Source: Armatimonadota bacterium (GTDB lineage: Bacteria; Armatimonadota; Fimbriimonadia; Fimbriimonadales; Fimbriimonadaceae). From it: DNA of 64,000 nt. Below the pieces are notes generated by a model. That model saw only the letters and a program-made list of their open reading frames with translations, made no database searches and was not told the origin of the DNA. The DNA is taken from NCBI GenBank assembly GCA_031400935.1, contig JANNQV010000039.1, positions 1-64,000 of the forward strand, written 5' to 3'. Shown piece after piece: positions 59,549 through 64,000 of the stretch (position 1 is the first letter of the stretch; each line of letters starts with the position of its first letter). The position numbers and the translations under genes were made by a program.

Positions 59549-60426
59549 CAATGGCGCGTAACTTCCGGATTCGGGGCGGTTTTACGATTGCAGAGCTACT
59601 TTCAGTGCTCGCGATTATCGCTGTTCTTTCGGCGATCCTGTTTCCAGTCTTCCGAACGGCAAAAGCAGCGGCGCACAAGTCTGTTTGCATCAATAACTTC
59701 CGTCAAACGAACCTGGCAAGTCAGATGTATTTGAGTGATTACCACGACACTTTTATGCCCGTCAACTACGATGTAAACAATTTCAACAACGCAGAAATTG
59801 ATCGCACATGGGTTCAACTTCTTATGCCTTACACGAGCACAATGGGCACGTTTGTCTGTCCCGGAGACTACGGTACTCGACCTAGCGGACAAGGCGCATT
59901 TGATGTTGATTTGGTGATAGGCGATCCATATAAACGGTGGTACAGGTCTTCTATTCGAAGCAATGTTGGTTACAACTACCTGTATTTTTCACCTGTTTTT
60001 CGCAGCGCGAACCGTTGGGTAACAATGCCGCGAACCCTCAGTGAAATCAACAATACTGCCGAATCTATCATGTTTGTTGATTCGGTTTACGACCGTCATC
60101 CAAACGGGACTCCTTACGGCGGTGGAAGCTACATCGTTATTCCTCCATGCAGATATAGCAGGCAGGGTCTTAGCTTGATTGATACCTTTGGGATTGGAAA
60201 TGCTCAAGCGTATTCACCGAATTCAGGATGGCTTGTTACTGATCCTAATTCACCGTTCCGTTTCGGCTTGGCGTACCCTTGGCATATTGAGCGAATGAAT
60301 GTGGGCCGCGTGAACGGCGGAACAACTAGCGTTCGCCCGGAAAAGCTCACAGAAGGTTGCGATGCTCGAAACAATTGGGCTGGAATGGTGGTTGATTCAG
60401 CCAAATACGGTTGGGATCATAACTAA
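59545..60426 (+). CDS. Prepilin-type N-terminal cleavage/methylation protein (DUF1559-like)
   Basis: G|FTIAELLSVLAIIAVLSAILFPVF..A...C.NN.RQ...MY..DY. Confidence 0.88.
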   Translation: MTMARNFRIRGGFTIAELLSVLAIIAVLSAILFPVFRTAKAAAHKSVCINNFRQTNLASQMYLSDYHDTFMPVNYDVNNFNNAEIDRTWVQLLMPYTSTMGTFVCPGDYGTRPSGQGAFDVDLVIGDPYKRWYRSSIRSNVGYNYLYFSPVFRSANRWVTMPRTLSEINNTAESIMFVDSVYDRHPNGTPYGGGSYIVIPPCRYSRQGLSLIDTFGIGNAQAYSPNSGWLVTDPNSPFRFGLAYPWHIERMNVGRVNGGTTSVRPEKLTEGCDARNNWAGMVVDSAKYGWDHN

Positions 60427-60486
60427 ATCGTAGCTAATTCACTTATCTAAAGCAGGATTTCCAATCTGCCGCCCGAATTCTATTTC

Positions 60487-63400
60487 ATGCGATTCGCCAA
60501 GGTCTGGATTTCAATTGCGACCGTACTTTTGGCTATATCGGCATACGCTCAATACACTCAAAATCAACTTTCAGAGGTCTGGTCGAGAGTGGATCGAGAG
60601 ATTCAGAGTCCGCAATTAGATACGAAAACGGGATTGGCGGGCTCAATACATACACTAGACCGACTTGGAGTCATCGCTGAATTCGGCCAAAGCTTAGGCC
60701 TCAAAGTAGATGTTCTACGTACTTGGGTAACCGCACCTGTTGCCCAGAGTATCGAATTTTCGGCGAGTGGGTACGAAATTCGGGCAGCACCGCTTTACCC
60801 CAATCTGTCAGCGACCAATAGTTGCGATATTGAAGGTCGAGTTGTCTGGTTTGATCCTCGATTGATTCATCAAGATCGCATGAATGGGAACGTAGCGATT
60901 ATGCCCTTTGAATGCGGCACCCAGTGGACAAAGGCGTTTGAAAATGGCGCGAAAGCGGTGCTCTTTTTCGCTTCGAAAACTGTCGGGAGAGTTGAAGCTG
61001 AGGCAAAGCTGCTTTCAGTTCCCTCTCATCTTCCGAGATTCTTGATTGAGGAGGAATCCGCAATTCATTTCCTCACTTCTGGGGAGGTCAGTATCCGAAT
61101 TCGGTGCCGCCAGAATTGGAAAGAGCTTCAAACCAAACGAGTTCACATTATTGTCCCAGGAACAGATCGAAACCTCTCGGCTGAGCGAATCGCCGTCTTT
61201 TCTGCCGTAGATGGAATGAGCATTGCCCCCGATTGGGGCACGTCCTCCAATCACTCAATTTCAAGCAATGTTGGTCTGAATCTCCTGACTTACTTTGCAA
61301 AAAACAGACCTCGAAGAAGCATCGAATTCGTTTTTGCCGATGGTCACTATCTTGGGCTAAAAGCAGAAAGGCAATGGGTTGAAGACTTGCTTCAGTCGCC
61401 TCAAGAAACCAAGTTGGCGGTATTCACGCTAGACATTTCAAATCGGTCCCCTCGAATCGGCACGTTCAGTCGTGGTGGCTTCTATGAATTCCGGCCAGAA
61501 GCCACGGATGTGTGTCGAAAATCCGCTTCGGCACTACGTCAACAAGTCAATTTCATGGCGACATCTTGGAATCTGGAGTTGGGCAACCAGCTTTGCCTCG
61601 ATGGAATCAATGAATCGGATGGCAAGCCTTTTGGTTCATTGGCAGGTGCGAAGCTCGCGATTGGAGCTGAGCCTTTCGTGCTCGCGGGGCTCAACGCGAC
61701 CACATTTGCAACGATTGACGATGCTCGGACCGATGCAGAGTTGCCTTGGGATGTTGCCCCGACTTCAGCTGAAAAAGAGTCATTCAAGAAAAACGTGCTT
61801 CAGCAGACAAAAACCATTGCTGGAATGTTGGAATTCGCAGCAAATCAGCCGACGGCACCCAATGATCCAAACGTTCCCAATTCTGGAATCGAGTTTCGAA
61901 CTCCACAAAGGTCATCATTGGTTGGAGGATTTGGCGTAATCGAAGGTTCTGTGGTCCGATCAGAGCCTGAAAAATCGATTTTTCCAACAACGCCAGCCCC
62001 GAATTCTGTCGTCAGCGTTCGAAGGCTGCATCGCTCGCTCGCTGGCGTTAGAGGGGCAATTGTAGAGCTTGCCGATTCTAAAGGAAAGTACATACTTCAA
62101 GGAGTCCCGACCGTTTCATCGTATTGGCATTCGAATCAGCCGACGACCAATTTGCGTGCCCACCAATTTGATCCTGTCAGCGGACAAATAGTGGCAGCAT
62201 CTGGCGAATTTGCTTCGATTGGAGTCTCCTATTCCTCGTCGTTGCAAATGACGACTGCGATTCGCTCGACTCCCATAGTTCTCTTTGACTGCGATTCGTC
62301 GCAAGTTTTCAATCTAAACGACCCGCTTAGCTCGGATCGACTAGCCGACCTGAAACTGATTGGGGAAAAGAGCTTTGCGCCCCCAAACGGCCTGCAAATT
62401 ACTCTCCCCGTGCAAACAAGTGAAGCGGCAGTTGCATCAGTTTTCTATCCAAAGGGCACAAAATGGACGCTGCTACTTTTGCGAAATGGAGAAGTCCGCG
62501 GGATAGATCAGTTGCCCAGTCCATTCGGTGACTCTGCACTCAGAAGAGCATTAAGGTTGAATGAGCGAAGCCGAGAACTTGCCGCACCGCTCCGCCCTTT
62601 TCGACTGGTGGATCGGAGTTTTGAAGATTGGCTTCGTCGTTCTTCCGCAGCCCAAAATTTTGGCGAAGCAGGATCTAGAGAGATGCAGCAAACTGCATGG
62701 TCATTGGCGCAACGAGTCTATGGCCAGGCTAGAGGAATCGGCGGAGATTCGACTCTGGGGCTTCTTCTGTACGTTGCCCTCGCTGCCCCATTCGCGTTGA
62801 TCATGGAGCGATTTCTTTTTGGCAGAAGAAGGCTGCTTGAGCGAATTTTGGCGACGGCCTTCATTTTTGGAGTCACCGCATTTGCACTTCGCCTTCTGCA
62901 CCCAGCATTTCTAATCGTCCAAAGCCCGATTGTCATTTTTGTCGGATTCGTTATGGCTGGACTTAGCGCATTTGTCATGGTCTATTTGTTCGGCAAATTT
63001 GACGAAACAGTCATGGGTGAATCTGGAAAGCCTGTTGCAGGCTTTGGGGTCGAGATTGCCCTGGCGCTTTCAGGAATGAGGCGTCGGCCGTTGAGAACGG
63101 CAATGACGATGATGCTTCTTACTGTGGTCACCGTTTGCCTCATGGCATTTTCTTCGATTAAACCAATGTTGATGACTTCGAGTGTTCGGGCTGAGGGCAA
63201 TTCAAACACCTCAAGCTTGCATCGTTCCGGGTTTATCCCATTTGAACCGGGAATGAAATCGAGGTTATTCTTGCATCCGGTGTATTGGCTCTTTGCTGGC
63301 GATGACCCGGCACCGGGATCTATAACAATTTTCTCTGGGCCGAAGCAAATAGATGTTCGTGCTCTTGTTTCAGACGCCACTAGTCTTACTATCGAGAGGT

Positions 63401-64000
63401 TCATCGAAAGTGAAGATTGCATCGACCTACCTAAGAAGGTCGCTACAGAAATCGGTGTCATTTCAGGCGACAAAGTTCTTGTCCTTGGGAGACATCTTCG
63501 GGTTGGGAGAGTTTTTACTGAGAAGAACCACGGAATTGCCGAAGAAGCGCTACCCGTTGATTTTCCGCTAAGCGGCCTGAATCCTTTCCAAAATAGCACT
63601 CCCGATATGGAGAGGAATTGGATTCGATATGCGCCTGAGCAAGTGGCAATCGTCAGCACAAAAACGATTTTTGAACTTGGAGGGATGCCAAGAATGCTTC
63701 TTGGATACATAGACTCCACCGAAGCTGCACAACTTGCCGCAACAACAGATCTGATATTCGAATCGAATGGCTACCGCTGGTCCACTCAGCCGAAGTTAAC
63801 CGGAACAGGGCTGGGCCTCATTGCGATCGCGCTTGTCGTGGGCGCGTTCTTTGTCATGAACACGCTTGCGGCCTCAGCAAACGAACGCAAGTCCGAAATA
63901 AAAACGCTTTCCTCGCTTGGAATGGCTCCAAAACAGGTTGCTGGAATATTTGTAGCAGAATCGTCAATGTATGGGATTGTCGGTGCCGTATTGGGTTTCG
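60487..64000 (+). CDS. Large M28-peptidase-like / FtsX-like permease fusion (3' end beyond the window; absent from the ORF track)
   Basis: ATG at 60487 with signal peptide; frame consistent at the points checked (61201, 62701, 63841); RPRRSIEFVF.DGH M28-like segment; C-terminal NTL.ASANERKSEIKTLSSLG FtsX motif. Confidence 0.8.
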   Translation, partial: MRFAKVWISIATVLLAISAYAQYTQNQLSEVWSRVDREIQSPQLDTKTGLAGSIHTLDRLGVIAEFGQSLGLKVDVLRTWVTAPVAQSIEFSASGYEIRAAPLYPNLSATNSCDIEGRVVWFDPRLIHQDRMNGNVAIMPFECGTQWTKAFENGAKAVLFFASKTVGRVEAEAKLLSVPSHLPRFLIEEESAIHFLTSGEVSIRIRCRQNWKELQTKRVHIIVPGTDRNLSAERIAVFSAVDGMSIAPDWGTSSNHSISSNVGLNLLTYFAKNRPRRSIEFVFADGHYLGLKAERQWVEDLLQSPQETKLAVFTLDISNRSPRIGTFSRGGFYEFRPEATDVCRKSASALRQQVNFMATSWNLELGNQLCLDGINESDGKPFGSLAGAKLAIGAEPFVLAGLNATTFATIDDARTDAELPWDVAPTSAEKESFKKNVLQQTKTIAGMLEFAANQPTAPNDPNVPNSGIEFRTPQRSSLVGGFGVIEGSVVRSEPEKSIFPTTPAPNSVVSVRRLHRSLAGVRGAIVELADSKGKYILQGVPTVSSYWHSNQPTTNLRAHQFDPVSGQIVAASGEFASIGVSYSSSLQMTTAIRSTPIVLFDCDSSQVFNLNDPLSSDRLADLKLIGEKSFAPPNGLQITLPVQTSEAAVASVFYPKGTKWTLLLLRNGEVRGIDQLPSPFGDSALRRALRLNERSRELAAPLRPFRLVDRSFEDWLRRSSAAQNFGEAGSREMQQTAWSLAQRVYGQARGIGGDSTLGLLLYVALAAPFALIMERFLFGRRRLLERILATAFIFGVTAFALRLLHPAFLIVQSPIVIFVGFVMAGLSAFVMVYLFGKFDETVMGESGKPVAGFGVEIALALSGMRRRPLRTAMTMMLLTVVTVCLMAFSSIKPMLMTSSVRAEGNSNTSSLHRSGFIPFEPGMKSRLFLHPVYWLFAGDDPAPGSITIFSGPKQIDVRALVSDATSLTIERFIESEDCIDLPKKVATEIGVISGDKVLVLGRHLRVGRVFTEKNHGIAEEALPVDFPLSGLNPFQNSTPDMERNWIRYAPEQVAIVSTKTIFELGGMPRMLLGYIDSTEAAQLAATTDLIFESNGYRWSTQPKLTGTGLGLIAIALVVGAFFVMNTLAASANERKSEIKTLSSLGMAPKQVAGIFVAESSMYGIVGAVLGF

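Noticed and set aside
62982..63719. 245-aa minus-strand ORF and other short ORFs in 60.5-64 kb
   Set aside because: They are shadows of the long + strand gene starting at 60487

Overview
A chromosomal, mostly housekeeping window from a diderm 'Terrabacteria'-type bacterium. The gene mix (SigH, YvcK, CsaB/DUF5693, FliW-CsrA, FlgH/FlgI, prepilin-type protein, SBP-permease fusion) suggests Armatimonadota/Fimbriimonadaceae; this is an inference. It probably contains the replication origin: a DnaA-box/DnaA-trio cluster directly upstream of recF-dciA, with a perfect parS site about 6.4 kb away. It also carries comEC, valS, sigH, recA-recX, coaBC, gmk, mutS, alaS, a flagellar cluster (flgF-G-A-H-I-J-N-K-L-fliW-csrA) and envelope genes. 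Two genes are missed or truncated by the ORF track: a CxxU Rdx/SelW-type selenoprotein (27257..27508, in-frame TGA plus SECIS-like hairpin) and a >1170-aa M28-like/FtsX fusion running off the right end. The most unusual observations are: several dispersed short-repeat families (7-mer, 9-mer, palindromic) that have inserted in frame into alaS (four times), an ABC fusion gene and flgA; a FlgG-rod-domain/FlgA fusion; an FHA-Zn ribbon-PH-like-HNH nuclease; and a small XRE/PIN islet. I found no rRNA, tRNA, CRISPR array, transposase or integrase.
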